Below, piece by piece: positions 12,916 through 23,395 of a stretch of 64,000 nucleotides of DNA. Numbering within the stretch: the stretch's first letter is position 1; each line of letters opens with the position of its first letter. Location: positions 17,632-81,631 of the forward strand of contig CAWCHK010000009.1 in NCBI GenBank assembly GCA_963795385.1. Reading direction: 5' to 3'. This stretch comes from an uncultured Actinomycetota bacterium. Its GTDB lineage: Bacteria > Actinomycetota > Actinomycetes > Actinomycetales > CAVURS01. The position numbers and the translations under genes were made by a program. The notes under the pieces are model-generated. The model was not told the DNA's origin and made no database searches. It worked only from the letters and a program-made list of their open reading frames with translations.

Positions 12916-14793
12916 GTGCACTTTGCCCTCGGCGTCGTGGCCATCGTCGTCGTGGTGGCGGCGGTGTCCGCGGGTGCGCGCCGGGTCGGCCGGTCCGCGC
13001 CGTTGCTGCTCACCCTGGTCGGCGTGGTCGGCTCGTACCTGCCGTTCATCCCGAACTACCACCTGGACCCGGACCTCGTCCTCATCGGCCTCCTGCCACC
13101 CCTGCTGTACGCCGCGTCGATCCGTACGTCCCTGATCGACGTACGCCGCAACCGGCGCCCGATCGCGCTGCTGTCGGTCGGGCTGGTGGTGTTCACCGCC
13201 TTCGTGGTCGCGGTGGTGGTCCGCTGGCTGGTGCCGGACCTGCCGTTCGCCGCCGCGTTCGCCCTGGGGGCGGTCGTCGCCCCTCCGGACGCCGTGGCGG
13301 CCACGGCGGTCGCGCGGCGGGTCGGGCTGCCCCGGCGGATCGTGGCCATCCTCGAGGGCGAGAGCCTGGTCAACGACGCCACGGCGCTCGTCCTGCTCCG
13401 GACGGCGACCGGTGCCCTGACCGCGTCGGTGTCGGTCGTCCACGTCGGGCTGGACTTCGTCCGGGCCGCGGCCGGGGGAGTCCTGGTCGGGCTGGCGGTA
13501 GCCCTCGTCCTGGCCAAGGTCCGCCGGCGGATCGACGACCCGGTGCTGGACACGACCCTGTCCTTCGTCGCGCCGTTCCTGGCCTACCTGCCGGCCGAGG
13601 AGCTGCACGCATCTGGCGTCCTCGCCGTCGTGGTGACCGGAATCGCGTTGGGGCACAAGGCCTACACGCTGCAGTCAGCATCGTCCCGGCTGTCCGAGCG
13701 GATCAACTGGGCGACGGTTCAGTTCCTGCTGGAGAACGCCGTCTTCCTGCTGATCGGGCTCCAGGTCAAGCATGTCGTGCAGCAGGCCCGCGGCGGCTCG
13801 ATGTCCGACGGCCGCCTCGTCCTGGTCTGTGCCGCAGTGCTGCTGGCCGTCGTGGTGGCCCGGCCGGTCTGGGTCTTCCCCGCGACGTACCTGCCGCGGC
13901 TCATCCCGGCCGTGAAGCGGGCCGACGCCAACCCGCCGTGGCAGGTGCCGGCGGCGATCTCCTGGGCCGGCATGCGTGGGGTGGTCACGCTGGCCGCCGT
14001 GTTCGCGCTGCCGGACTCCGTGCCGAACGTCGACGTGCTGCGGATGGCGGCGTTCGTCGTGGTGGCCGGAACGCTCTTCGTGCAGGGACCGACGCTGCCG
14101 ATGCTGGTCCGGGCGCTCAAGCTGCCCCGGCCGGACCCCCTGGAGGACGCCCTGCAGGAGGCGGTGGCCCTGCAGCACGCCACCCAGGCCGGGATCGCCC
14201 GCCTGGACGAGGTGGTCGACGGGTCCGAGCCGGAGTCCACGATCAACCAGCTGCGCGGGCGCGGCATCAAGCGGGCCAACTCGGCGTGGGAGCGGCTCGG
14301 CCGGCCCGAGCGCGAGTGGGAGACGCCGAGCGAGACCTATCGGCGGCTGCGGCTGGTGATGCTGCAGGCGGAGCGGGAGAGCGTGCTGACCGGCTCCGAG
14401 GCCGGCGAGCTGCCGGACGAGGTGGCCCGCTCGCTGATGGCGATGATGGACGTCGAGGAGAGCACGCTGGACCGGATCGGGGCCCGGGACGACGCTCTGG
14501 AGCGGGTCGAGGACCTGACCGGGCACGCGCTCGCCGGCAGCTGCGAGCACCTGCGCGAGGCGCCGACGGTGGTCCAGCCGCTGACTCCGGACGGGTGCTT
14601 CGAGTGCCTCCAGGACGGGCTGAAGTGGGTGCACCTGAGGCTGTGCCTGAGCTGCGGCCACGTCGGCTGCTGCGACTCCTCGATCGGCCGGCACGCTGCG
14701 CAGCACTACCGCGGGACCGAGCACCCGGTCATGCGGAGCTTCGAGCCCGGTGAGGCCTGGCGCTGGTGCTACGTCGACGAGCTGGTGGACTGA
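12916..14793 (+). CDS. CPA1 Na+/H+ antiporter with C-terminal UBP-type zinc finger
   Basis: LPPLLY, PPDAVA, GESLVNDA, GMRGVVTLA; C-terminal CEH...CFEC...HLRLCLSCGHVGCCDSS...HA..H...WRWCY. Confidence 0.9.
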   Translation: MHFALGVVAIVVVVAAVSAGARRVGRSAPLLLTLVGVVGSYLPFIPNYHLDPDLVLIGLLPPLLYAASIRTSLIDVRRNRRPIALLSVGLVVFTAFVVAVVVRWLVPDLPFAAAFALGAVVAPPDAVAATAVARRVGLPRRIVAILEGESLVNDATALVLLRTATGALTASVSVVHVGLDFVRAAAGGVLVGLAVALVLAKVRRRIDDPVLDTTLSFVAPFLAYLPAEELHASGVLAVVVTGIALGHKAYTLQSASSRLSERINWATVQFLLENAVFLLIGLQVKHVVQQARGGSMSDGRLVLVCAAVLLAVVVARPVWVFPATYLPRLIPAVKRADANPPWQVPAAISWAGMRGVVTLAAVFALPDSVPNVDVLRMAAFVVVAGTLFVQGPTLPMLVRALKLPRPDPLEDALQEAVALQHATQAGIARLDEVVDGSEPESTINQLRGRGIKRANSAWERLGRPEREWETPSETYRRLRLVMLQAERESVLTGSEAGELPDEVARSLMAMMDVEESTLDRIGARDDALERVEDLTGHALAGSCEHLREAPTVVQPLTPDGCFECLQDGLKWVHLRLCLSCGHVGCCDSSIGRHAAQHYRGTEHPVMRSFEPGEAWRWCYVDELVD

Positions 14794-14887
14794 CCGGCGG
14801 TCCCGCCGGCTGCAGCGTGCCGGCCTGTGGCCGGGCTCACCCACCGGCGGCCTCCCTTCCGCGCCGACCCGCAGGTACGGTGCCAAC

Positions 14888-16930
14888 GTGCGCGACAAGC
14901 CCTGGGTCATGCGGACCTACGCCGGGCACTCCAGCGCGGCCGAGTCCAACGCGCTCTACCGCCGCAACCTGGACAAGGGCCAGACCGGCCTGTCGGTCGC
15001 GTTCGACCTCCCGACCCAGACCGGCTACGACCCGGACCATCCACTGGCCCGCGGCGAGGTCGGCAAGGTCGGCGTCCCGGTGGCCAACCTCGGCGACCTG
15101 ACCGCGCTGTTCGACGGCATCGACCTGGCCGCGATGAACACGTCGATGACGATCAACGCCACCGCGATGTGGCTGCTCGCGCTCTACCAGGTGGTCGCGG
15201 AGCAGCAGGCCGAGGCCGCCGGCGCGGATCCCGCCGACGCCGTACGCCGGCTCACCGGCACCACGCAGAACGACATCATCAAGGAGTACCTCTCCCGAGG
15301 GACCTACGTCTTCCCGCCCGGGCCGTCGTTGCGGCTCAGCACCGACATCGTGGCGTACGCCGCCGTGGCGATGCCGAAGTGGAACCCCATCAACATCTGC
15401 AGCTACCACCTGCAGGAGGCCGGCGCGACGCCGGTGCAGGAGCTGGCGTTCGCGCTCTGCACGGCCATCGCGGTGCTGGACGCGGTCCGCGCGTCCGGCC
15501 AGGTGCCGCCGGAGCGGTTCGGTGACGTCGTGGCGCGAATCTCCTTCTTCGTCAACGCCGGCGTGCGGTTCGTCGAGGAGATGTGCAAGATGCGCGCGTT
15601 CGTCGCCCTCTGGGACGACCTGACCCGGACCCGGTACGGCGTCGAGGACCCGGCCCAGCGGCGCTTCCGGTACGGCGTGCAGGTGAACTCGCTCGGCCTG
15701 ACCGAGGCCCAGCCGGAGAACAACGTCCAGCGGATCGTCCTGGAGATGCTCGCGGTGACGCTGTCCAAGGACGCCCGGGCCCGCGCGGTCCAGCTACCGG
15801 CCTGGAACGAGGCGCTGGGCCTGCCGCGCCCCTGGGACCAGCAGTGGAGCCTGCGGCTGCAGCAGGTCCTGGCCTTCGAGTCCGACCTGCTGGAGCACGA
15901 GGATCTCTTCGCCGGGTCGGTCGTCGTCGAGACCCGCGTGGCCGAGCTGGTGGCGGCGGCCCGGGAGGAGATCGACCGGGTCCAGGCGATGGGCGGCGCG
16001 GTCGCCGCGGTCGAGAGCGGCTACCTCAAGTCCGAGCTGGTCGGTGCCCACGCCCGGCACCGGGCCCGCGTGGAGTCGGGCGAGACCGTCGTCGTCGGCG
16101 TCAACCGGTTCACCTCCAGCGAGCCCAGCCCTCTGACGGCCGACCTGGACCACGCCGTGCAGTCGGTCGACCCGGCAGCCGAGGAGTCCGCGGCCAAAGC
16201 CGTTGCGGCGTGGCGGATCTCGCGGGACTCGGATCCGCTCCGGGCTGCGGAGGCCGTGGCGGCACTGGAGCAGCTCCGCGCCGACGCCCACACCGAGGTC
16301 AACCTGATGACCGCGACGCTGCGCTGCGCGCGAGCGGGTGTGACGACGGGAGAGTGGGCCGGGGTCCTGCGCCGGGTGTTCGGGGAGTTCCGCGCACCCA
16401 CCGGCGTGAGCGGCACGATCGTCTCCTCGCCCGTGCACGGCGAGGCCGCGGACGAGCTGGCCCGGGTGCGGGCCGCGGTGCGCGAGACGGGCGAGGAGCT
16501 GGGCGGCCGGCTGCGGCTGCTCGTCGGCAAGCCGGGGTTGGACGGGCACAGCAACGGCGCGGAGCAGGTCGCCGTCCGGGCCCGTGACGTCGGCTTCGAG
16601 GTGGTCTACCAGGGCATCCGGCTCACCCCCGAGCAGATCGTCGCGGCCGCGGTGGCCGAGGACGTGCACTGCGTCGGGCTGTCGGTCCTGTCCGGCTCAC
16701 ACCTGTCCCTCGTCCCGGACGTGCTGACCCGGATGCACGCCGCCGGTCTGGACGACGTGCCGCTCGTGGTCGGCGGGATCATCCCCGAGAGTGATGCCCG
16801 CGTGCTGCTCGACCACGGTGTGGCCGCGGTCTTCACGCCGAAGGACCACTCGTTGACCACGATGATGGGCAGCATCGTCGAGGAGATCCGCCGGGCCCGA
16901 GGTCTGGCGAAGGAGCCGGTCACCACGTGA
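14888..16930 (+). CDS. meaA: Ethylmalonyl-CoA mutase (protein MeaA/Ecm)
   Basis: PWVMRTYAGHS, LSVAFDLPTQTGYD, NSLGLTEAQPENN, and a fused B12 domain with KPGLDGHSNG. Confidence 0.9.
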   Translation: MRDKPWVMRTYAGHSSAAESNALYRRNLDKGQTGLSVAFDLPTQTGYDPDHPLARGEVGKVGVPVANLGDLTALFDGIDLAAMNTSMTINATAMWLLALYQVVAEQQAEAAGADPADAVRRLTGTTQNDIIKEYLSRGTYVFPPGPSLRLSTDIVAYAAVAMPKWNPINICSYHLQEAGATPVQELAFALCTAIAVLDAVRASGQVPPERFGDVVARISFFVNAGVRFVEEMCKMRAFVALWDDLTRTRYGVEDPAQRRFRYGVQVNSLGLTEAQPENNVQRIVLEMLAVTLSKDARARAVQLPAWNEALGLPRPWDQQWSLRLQQVLAFESDLLEHEDLFAGSVVVETRVAELVAAAREEIDRVQAMGGAVAAVESGYLKSELVGAHARHRARVESGETVVVGVNRFTSSEPSPLTADLDHAVQSVDPAAEESAAKAVAAWRISRDSDPLRAAEAVAALEQLRADAHTEVNLMTATLRCARAGVTTGEWAGVLRRVFGEFRAPTGVSGTIVSSPVHGEAADELARVRAAVRETGEELGGRLRLLVGKPGLDGHSNGAEQVAVRARDVGFEVVYQGIRLTPEQIVAAAVAEDVHCVGLSVLSGSHLSLVPDVLTRMHAAGLDDVPLVVGGIIPESDARVLLDHGVAAVFTPKDHSLTTMMGSIVEEIRRARGLAKEPVTT

Positions 16931-18231
16931 GCCACAACCCCCTGGCCCTGCTCCGCAGGGTCGCCGCCGACGTGCGACCGTTGCAGTACGAGGACTTCCG
17001 ACGCCTGTGGATCGGGCAGGGCGTGTCCTTCGTCGGCTTCCAACTCACCGCGGTGGCCGTCTCGGTGCAGATGTACGCCGTCACGCGATCCTCGTCCTGG
17101 GTCGGCCTGATCGGCCTGGCCGCCCTGCTGCCGCTGGTGGTCTTCGGCCTCTACGGCGGCGCGATCTCGGATGCGGTGGACCGCCGCCTGCTCTACATCG
17201 CGTCGTCCAGCCTGGTCTGGGCGGCCACCGGTGGCCTCCTGCTCCAGGCACTGTTGCACCTGGACAACCGTTGGCTGCTGCTGGCCCTCGTGGCGATCCA
17301 GACGGTCGGCTTCGCCGTCTCCTCGCCGGTGCGAGGTGCGATCGTGCCGCGCCTGCTGCCCGAGGAGCTGGTCCCGGCGGGCAACACCCTGAACTTCACG
17401 ATGAGCACGGCGGGCGCGGTCGTCGGCCCGCTGCTCGCCGGTGTGGTCCTGGCGCACGGCAGCTTCGCGCTCGCGTACGGCCTGGATGCCGCGCTGTTCA
17501 CGGTCGGCTTCTACGCGGCCCTGCGGCTGCCTCCCATCCCTCCGCTCGGTGAGAAGGTCCGGCCCGGGCTGCGCTCGGTGGTCGAGGGCCTGGCCTTCAT
17601 CGCGACCCGGCCCGTGCTGCTGATGTCCTTCGTCGTCGACATCGCGGCGATGGTGCTGGCGATGCCCAAGGCGCTCTTCCCCCAGGTCGCCGTCGACCGC
17701 TTCCACGACGTCGGTGCGGTCGGCTGGCTCTACGCCGCCATCGCGATCGGGTCGGTGGCGGCCGGCCTCGCCTCCGGGTGGATCGGCCGGGTCCGCCGTC
17801 AGGGGGTCGCGCTGATCGGCGCGGTCGTGGTCTGGGGGACGGCCGTGGCCCTGGCCGGTCTGGCCCACAGCCTGTGGCTGGCGGTGCTGCTGCTCGCGTT
17901 CGGCGGCGCCGCGGACCTCGTCTCTGCGGTCTACCGGCAGACGATCCTGCAGACCTACGCACCCGACCAGCTGCGGGGCCGGCTGCAGGGCGTCTTCACC
18001 GTGGTCGTCGCCGGGGGGCCGCGGCTGGGCGACCTGCGGGCCGGCTTCACCGCCGGCGGGGTCGGGGTCACCGCGTCGTGGGTCGGGGGCGGCATCGCCT
18101 GTGTCGTCCTGGTCCTGGCCCTCGGAGCGGCGGTCCCGGCCCTGCGGCACTACCGGGTCCCCGACCGAGCGGGCGAGGAGCTGCGGCCGGGGGACCGGCC
18201 CGACGCGGGCCTCGGGACGGCCGAGGCCTGA
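16927..18231 (+). CDS. MFS transporter (EntS-like)
   Basis: About 12 TM segments, GAISDAVDRR, RGRLQG, GGPRLGD. Confidence 0.85.
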   Translation: MSHNPLALLRRVAADVRPLQYEDFRRLWIGQGVSFVGFQLTAVAVSVQMYAVTRSSSWVGLIGLAALLPLVVFGLYGGAISDAVDRRLLYIASSSLVWAATGGLLLQALLHLDNRWLLLALVAIQTVGFAVSSPVRGAIVPRLLPEELVPAGNTLNFTMSTAGAVVGPLLAGVVLAHGSFALAYGLDAALFTVGFYAALRLPPIPPLGEKVRPGLRSVVEGLAFIATRPVLLMSFVVDIAAMVLAMPKALFPQVAVDRFHDVGAVGWLYAAIAIGSVAAGLASGWIGRVRRQGVALIGAVVVWGTAVALAGLAHSLWLAVLLLAFGGAADLVSAVYRQTILQTYAPDQLRGRLQGVFTVVVAGGPRLGDLRAGFTAGGVGVTASWVGGGIACVVLVLALGAAVPALRHYRVPDRAGEELRPGDRPDAGLGTAEA

Positions 18232-18244
18232 CCCGCCGCCGTTC

Positions 18245-19465
18245 CTACTCGCTGGGGTCGAACGCCTCGCCCAGCCGATGGGCCAGCTCGGAGACCCGCT
18301 CGCGGGACGTGGCGATGTTGACCCGAACGTGACCCTCGCCGCCCGGGCCGAAGTCGCGGCCGTCACGGACCATGACCCGGGTCCGCTCGAGCGCCACCGC
18401 CGCGGGGTCGTCGACGCCGTACGCACGCAGGTCCAGCCAGGTCAGGTACGTCGCCTCGAGCGGCCGCAACCGGGCCCGCGGCAGCCGCTCGGCGACCAGC
18501 TCGGCGAACAGGTCGCGGTTGCCGGCCAGGTGGTCCAGGGCGGTGTCCAGCCACGGCTCGCCCGCGTCGTACGCCGCGATGTTGGCCACGATTCCCAGCG
18601 GTGAGACGCCGTGGTTGGCGACAGTCGGCAGGCCCGCCAGCACCGCCGCGTCGGCCGGGCTGCCGCTGACCAGCTGGGCGCACTTGAGGCCGGGCAGGTT
18701 GAACGCCTTGCTCGCCGACAGCAGCGTCGTGACGTGGCCCGCGGTGCCCTCGAGCGAGGCGTACGGCGTGTGCCGCCCGCCGGGCAGGACGAGCGGTGCG
18801 TGGATCTCGTCCGAGATCACCCGCGCCCCGTGCCGGAGGACGACGTCCCGCAGGGCGGCCAGCTCCTCCGGCCGCCAGGACCGGCCCCAGGGGTTGTGGG
18901 GGTTGCAGAGCAGCAGGGTCCGGGCCCCGGCCCGCAGCGCGGCGTCGATGCCGTCGAGGTCGAGCGTGGCCGTCTCGGCGTCCGGATCCAGCCGGACCGT
19001 GACGACGGCCCGGCCGGTCAGCGGGACGGCCTCCAGGAACGGCGGGTACGCCGGCGTCGGCACCACGACCGGCGCGTCCTCGCACAGTGTCGTCAGCGCA
19101 AGCATGACGCCCGCCATGACGTCACCGATGGCGAGGACCGACGTGGGCTCGATGTCCCACCCGTAGCGGCGTGCGGCGAAACCCGTTGTGGCGGTGCGCA
19201 ATCGGGCTATCGACGCGGCACTGGGATAGCCGAACCGGCCCACCCGTACGGCGTCCGTGATGGCATCGACGACAGCGGGGCACGGTGCGTAGTCGCTCTC
19301 GGCCACCCAGGCCGGCAGGACCCCCGCGGGTGCTGCGGCCCAGTTCAGGTCGCCGCGGGACCGCAGGTCCGCCTCCGTCACGTCGTCGAAGCCGGCGGCG
19401 TCGGAGACTCCGGAGGCACCGGTGGGAGGCTCGCGCTCGATCGCGGGGAGCGGCTGGTCGGCCAT
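18245..19465 (-). CDS. PLP-dependent MalY/PatB-like C-S lyase or aminotransferase
   Basis: WVAESDY, LCNPHNPWG, SDEIH, SASKAFNLPGLK, EATYLTWLD. Confidence 0.88.
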   Translation of the reverse strand: MADQPLPAIEREPPTGASGVSDAAGFDDVTEADLRSRGDLNWAAAPAGVLPAWVAESDYAPCPAVVDAITDAVRVGRFGYPSAASIARLRTATTGFAARRYGWDIEPTSVLAIGDVMAGVMLALTTLCEDAPVVVPTPAYPPFLEAVPLTGRAVVTVRLDPDAETATLDLDGIDAALRAGARTLLLCNPHNPWGRSWRPEELAALRDVVLRHGARVISDEIHAPLVLPGGRHTPYASLEGTAGHVTTLLSASKAFNLPGLKCAQLVSGSPADAAVLAGLPTVANHGVSPLGIVANIAAYDAGEPWLDTALDHLAGNRDLFAELVAERLPRARLRPLEATYLTWLDLRAYGVDDPAAVALERTRVMVRDGRDFGPGGEGHVRVNIATSRERVSELAHRLGEAFDPSE

Positions 19466-19549
19466 GGAACCGATCCTGTCAGCCCATTGCCGTGGCCGGC
19501 CTGGAGGGCGACCATGACAGGTGTCGCCAGCGCCGCGAAGGAGCCGACC

Positions 19550-19933
19550 ATGATCTCGACCGCCCCCATCACCGCCATCCTCCCGGTCTCGGACGTCGAC
19601 CGGGCCAGCGCGTTCTACTCGGACCAGCTCGGGCTGGCCGACAAGGGAACCTCGCCCGACGGCAACCGGATGTTCGCGGCCGCGGGTGGCTCGATGCTCG
19701 CGCTGATGTCCGCCGAGGAGGGCGCGCAGACGGCGCACACCGTGGTGAGCTTCGAGGTGCCGGACATCATGGCGGAGATCTCCGCGCTGCAGGAGCGGGG
19801 CGTGACGTTCGAGGACTACGACCTGCCCGGCCTGAAGACCGTCGAGCACGTGTGCGTCATCGGCGCGGACAGGGCGGCGTGGTTCAAGGACACCGAGGGC
19901 AACGTGCTCTGCCTGCACGAGCAGCGCGGCTAG
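19550..19933 (+). CDS. VOC/glyoxalase family protein
   Basis: LPVSDVDRASAFY...AWFKDTEGNVL; RBS AAGGAG. Confidence 0.85.
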   Translation: MISTAPITAILPVSDVDRASAFYSDQLGLADKGTSPDGNRMFAAAGGSMLALMSAEEGAQTAHTVVSFEVPDIMAEISALQERGVTFEDYDLPGLKTVEHVCVIGADRAAWFKDTEGNVLCLHEQRG

Positions 19934-19968
19934 ACCGGCCGAGGCCCGGCTGGCGCGGCTCGGTCGGC

Positions 19969-20016
19969 TCGCTCACTCGCTCACTCGCTCACTCGCTCAG
20001 TCGCTCAGTCGCTCAC
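19969..20016. repeat. Tandem 8-mer array (TCGCTCA[C/G])x6 overlapping the ggt stop
   Basis: Read directly from the sequence. Confidence 0.85.
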
Positions 20017-21633
20017 CGCGACGGCGGCGGCGCGGCGCGGATCGGCGGCGGCCGCCAGGGAGCCGTCCGGGCGGCACAGGGCCGCGGCGACCCCGCCGAA
20101 GAACATCGACCGGGCCGGGTGCTCGTACGTCGGCAGCCCGAGGTCCGGCATGGCCAGGTCGGCCTCGTAGTCGATCCGCACGGGGCTGACGGCGCGCTCG
20201 CTCGTGCCGTCCGACCCGTCGCCCCCGTCGGTCTCGGAAACGACGCCGGACAGGTGGCGCACGTGCAGCCGGGGCGCGTCCACGGCCGCCTGGAGACCGA
20301 GACCCCCCAGGGCGTAGCCGCCCAGCACCTGCAGGAGCGCGGTGGTGATCCGGTCGGCGCCCGGGCTGCCGACCGCGAGGACGGTCCCGTCGGCGTGCCG
20401 GCCGACCGACGGCGACATGTTCGAGCCGAGCCGGGTGCCAGGGGCGAGCGCGTGGACGCCTCTGCGGTTGAGCTCGGGCTCGCCGAGGCAGTTGTTGAGC
20501 AGGATCCCCGTGCCCGGGATGGTCGCGCCCGACCCGTAGCCCGCCGACGCCGTTGCGGCACAGGCCATCCCGTGCTCGTCGACAGCAGAGACGTGGATCG
20601 TGGACGATGACGCGTGAGCCACCGGGTCCCAGCCTTGCTGGACGAGGTCGAGCAGCTCCCGGCCGGCAGCGTCGAGGTCCTCGGCCAGGTCGAGCACCTC
20701 CAGCCGGTGGTCGAGCACGGCCCGCTGGATCGCCACGAGGCGGGCGACGTCCTCCGGTCGGCCGGGGCGGTAGCCCGACCGGGCGAGCAGCGTGAGCATC
20801 GCCGCGAGCACCGGCCCGCCGATCGACGGGGGCGGGTTGGTGGACAGCGTCCAGTCGGCCAGCCGCACCCGGATCGCCGGCCGCACGACGGCGGTGTACG
20901 CCGCGAGGTCCGTGGCCGTGATCAGTCCGCCCCGCCGGGCCATGTCGGCGGCCAGCACCTCGCCGAGGCTGCCGGTGTACATCGACGAGGGGCCCTCCAC
21001 CGCCACGACCTCGAGCGCGGCCGCCAGGTCGGCGGAGCGGAGGGTCTCGCCGGCTGCGGCCGGCCGGCCGTCCGGATGGGACAGCCCGGCGGCCGACTCG
21101 GCGTCCCAGCCGAAGACGATGTCCCGCACCAGGTCCAGGTAGCTCGCGGCCGCCGTACCGAGCGGGAACCCTTGCCGCGCAACGTCGATCGCCGGTCCGA
21201 CGACCTCCGCCCACGGTGCCGCGCCGTAGCGCTCGTGGGCCAGGCCGAGCCCGGCCAGGGTGCCCGGCGTGGCCACCGAGCCCGGCCCGATCCAGAGTCG
21301 CAGCCCGCCGCCGTACGCCGTCTCCACCTGGGTCATGCCGCTGCCGAAGCGCTCGCGCGGGAGCCCGCGCCCGGGCATCTCCACGTTGCCGTCGACCGTG
21401 ACCGGCGCCGTGCCGTCTGCGGGCTCGATGGTGACGAAGGCGCCGCCGGCCAGGCTCACGACGCCGGGCTCCGTGACACAGGCGACGAGGGTCGCGGCGA
21501 CGGCGGCGTCGACCGCGTTGCCGCCGAGCGCGGCCACGTGCAACCCGGCCTCGGTGGCCTGGGTGCTGGTGGCGGCGACGGCCACCCGGGTCGGCCCGCG
21601 CCGCACCGACCGGAGGGGTGGCTGCTCGGGCAT
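20005..21633 (-). CDS. ggt: Gamma-glutamyltransferase family protein
   Basis: GGNAVDAAVAA, VATPG, Thr nucleophile in STIHVSAVD, GILLNN, GSPGADRI. Confidence 0.85.
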   Translation of the reverse strand: MPEQPPLRSVRRGPTRVAVAATSTQATEAGLHVAALGGNAVDAAVAATLVACVTEPGVVSLAGGAFVTIEPADGTAPVTVDGNVEMPGRGLPRERFGSGMTQVETAYGGGLRLWIGPGSVATPGTLAGLGLAHERYGAAPWAEVVGPAIDVARQGFPLGTAAASYLDLVRDIVFGWDAESAAGLSHPDGRPAAAGETLRSADLAAALEVVAVEGPSSMYTGSLGEVLAADMARRGGLITATDLAAYTAVVRPAIRVRLADWTLSTNPPPSIGGPVLAAMLTLLARSGYRPGRPEDVARLVAIQRAVLDHRLEVLDLAEDLDAAGRELLDLVQQGWDPVAHASSSTIHVSAVDEHGMACAATASAGYGSGATIPGTGILLNNCLGEPELNRRGVHALAPGTRLGSNMSPSVGRHADGTVLAVGSPGADRITTALLQVLGGYALGGLGLQAAVDAPRLHVRHLSGVVSETDGGDGSDGTSERAVSPVRIDYEADLAMPDLGLPTYEHPARSMFFGGVAAALCRPDGSLAAAADPRRAAAVAVSD

Positions 21634-21725
21634 GCGCGAAGTCTGCCGCACGGCCCCACCGGCGAGGTCGGGCGCTCCCGGGACCGCTCCGGCCGGCCGC
21701 TCCCGGGACCGCCGCCGCATTCGGC

Positions 21726-23201
21726 CTAGAGCGGGTGGCGCGGGGGGACCGAGTGGACCGGCGACCCGCCGACCGGGCCGGTCGGGCCGGTGTGCGGGAC
21801 CGACGGCCACGAGGGGCTGACCACCGAGCCGGCCCGTGGCGGGCGGGGCGGCGTGAACGGGCCGAGACCGTTCGGCGTGCCGAGCCCGGTCGGCCCGTCC
21901 CACCCGTCTGCCGCGTGGCAGACGACGGTCGAGCACGAGCCGTTGCTGCCGGCCGTGACGTCGTTGAGCTGGGCCGGCAGCCGGTAGGGCAGCGACGGCG
22001 GCTGCTCGGTGCCGGCCGGTGTCCCCGCGAGCGCGAAGACGCCCGCGATGATCGGTGCGGCCGCGCTGGTGCCGCCGTAGACGGTCCAGCCGCCGGCGCC
22101 GTAGGTCTGGTAGACGGCGACACCGGTCGAGGGATCGGCCACGGCGGAGACGTCGGTCGTGCCGCGCAGGGTGCAGGCGGTGACACCGGCCTGCCAGCCG
22201 GGGCGGGCCTCGTGGGTCGAGCAACTGCTCCCGGCACCGGACCACGCGCTCTCGGTCCAGCCGCGGGCGTTGGGTGCGGGGCTGAGCGAGGTGCCGCCGA
22301 CGGCCACGACCCGGGGCGACGTCGCCGGGTAGCTCGGGCCGGCGGCGTACCCGGAGTCGCCGGAGGAGGCGGTGTAGACGACGCCGGTGGACTTGAAGTA
22401 GGCGCTGTCGTAGGCGGACGCGCTGCTGTTCTCGTCGCCGCCCCAGCTCATCGAGACGAAGGTCGCGCCCATGGTCGTCGCGCGCTTGACGGCCAGCAGC
22501 ATGTCGCTGCCCGCGTCGTCGGACTCGACCAACGTGATGTGGCAGCGGGGGCAGACGGCCGAGACCATGTCGAGGTCGAGCGAGACCTCGCCGGCCCAGC
22601 CGGCGTCGGGCGCGGGCAGCGGGCTGGTAGCGCCGTTCTGGTTCACCTTGCGGAAGCAGCCGCTCGCCCTCGTGCAGGCCGGGAGGCCGAACTGGGCCCG
22701 GTACGCCGCGAGGTCGCTCTCCGCGTGCGGGTCGTCGAAGGCGTCGACGACGTACACGGTCTGGCCGGTGCCGGCGGTGGCGGAGGCGGTGGGCAGCGCG
22801 TACGCCGCGACCAGGTCGACCGGGTGCAGGCCGGCCGGGTTGACCGCGGCGCGGTAGGCCGGGGCCGAGGTGGAGCGCGCCGTGCTGCCGGCCGCCGGGG
22901 TGCGCGCGGGCAGGGCGGCGGCGTCGGTGCGGCGCAGGGCGAAGCAGGTGAAGTGCCCCCGGGCGACCCTCTGGCTGCAGGAGTGCACCGACGTGGGCCC
23001 CGGGGTCGCGGCGATCCGGTGCGCCGCGACGATCCGGTGCGCCGCGGCGCCGGCGACAGGCGCCGGCAGCGTCTGGGCGATGGCGGCGGGGGCGGCGAGC
23101 ACGCCGAGTACGCCGAGGAGCAGTGAGGTGGCCAGGGTCGACCTGAGCCCTCCGGCGAGGTCGGCCGGGACGGCGCGCAGCGCTCGGGCTGCGGGGCGCA
23201 T
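21726..23201 (-). CDS. Secreted S53/S8 (sedolisin-like) serine peptidase
   Basis: Signal-like hydrophobic segment, EVSLDLDMVSA, SGDSG, GGTSAAAP, GWDGPTGLGTPNG. Confidence 0.85.
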   Translation of the reverse strand: MRPAARALRAVPADLAGGLRSTLATSLLLGVLGVLAAPAAIAQTLPAPVAGAAAHRIVAAHRIAATPGPTSVHSCSQRVARGHFTCFALRRTDAAALPARTPAAGSTARSTSAPAYRAAVNPAGLHPVDLVAAYALPTASATAGTGQTVYVVDAFDDPHAESDLAAYRAQFGLPACTRASGCFRKVNQNGATSPLPAPDAGWAGEVSLDLDMVSAVCPRCHITLVESDDAGSDMLLAVKRATTMGATFVSMSWGGDENSSASAYDSAYFKSTGVVYTASSGDSGYAAGPSYPATSPRVVAVGGTSLSPAPNARGWTESAWSGAGSSCSTHEARPGWQAGVTACTLRGTTDVSAVADPSTGVAVYQTYGAGGWTVYGGTSAAAPIIAGVFALAGTPAGTEQPPSLPYRLPAQLNDVTAGSNGSCSTVVCHAADGWDGPTGLGTPNGLGPFTPPRPPRAGSVVSPSWPSVPHTGPTGPVGGSPVHSVPPRHPL

Positions 23202-23395
23202 GGAGACTCCGAACTGCCGGCGGCTGCTGGCGGGGCAGGGGCGCACGGCGGCGGCGTACCGCGCGGGCCTTCTGCCTGAAGTTACGGCAGTCCGTAGCCG
23301 CTGGACTACACACTGTCACCCGATCGGCGGCAGGATGGCCGGGTTTGCGGTGACTCCGGGGGTTCAGCCGGGGGCGGTCGGGCCCGGAGCCGGGG

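Noticed and set aside
20005-23319. 1104-aa GGT with a long N-terminal extension
   Set aside because: The upstream part is an Arg-rich off-frame reading of the peptidase gene; the GGT starts near 21633.
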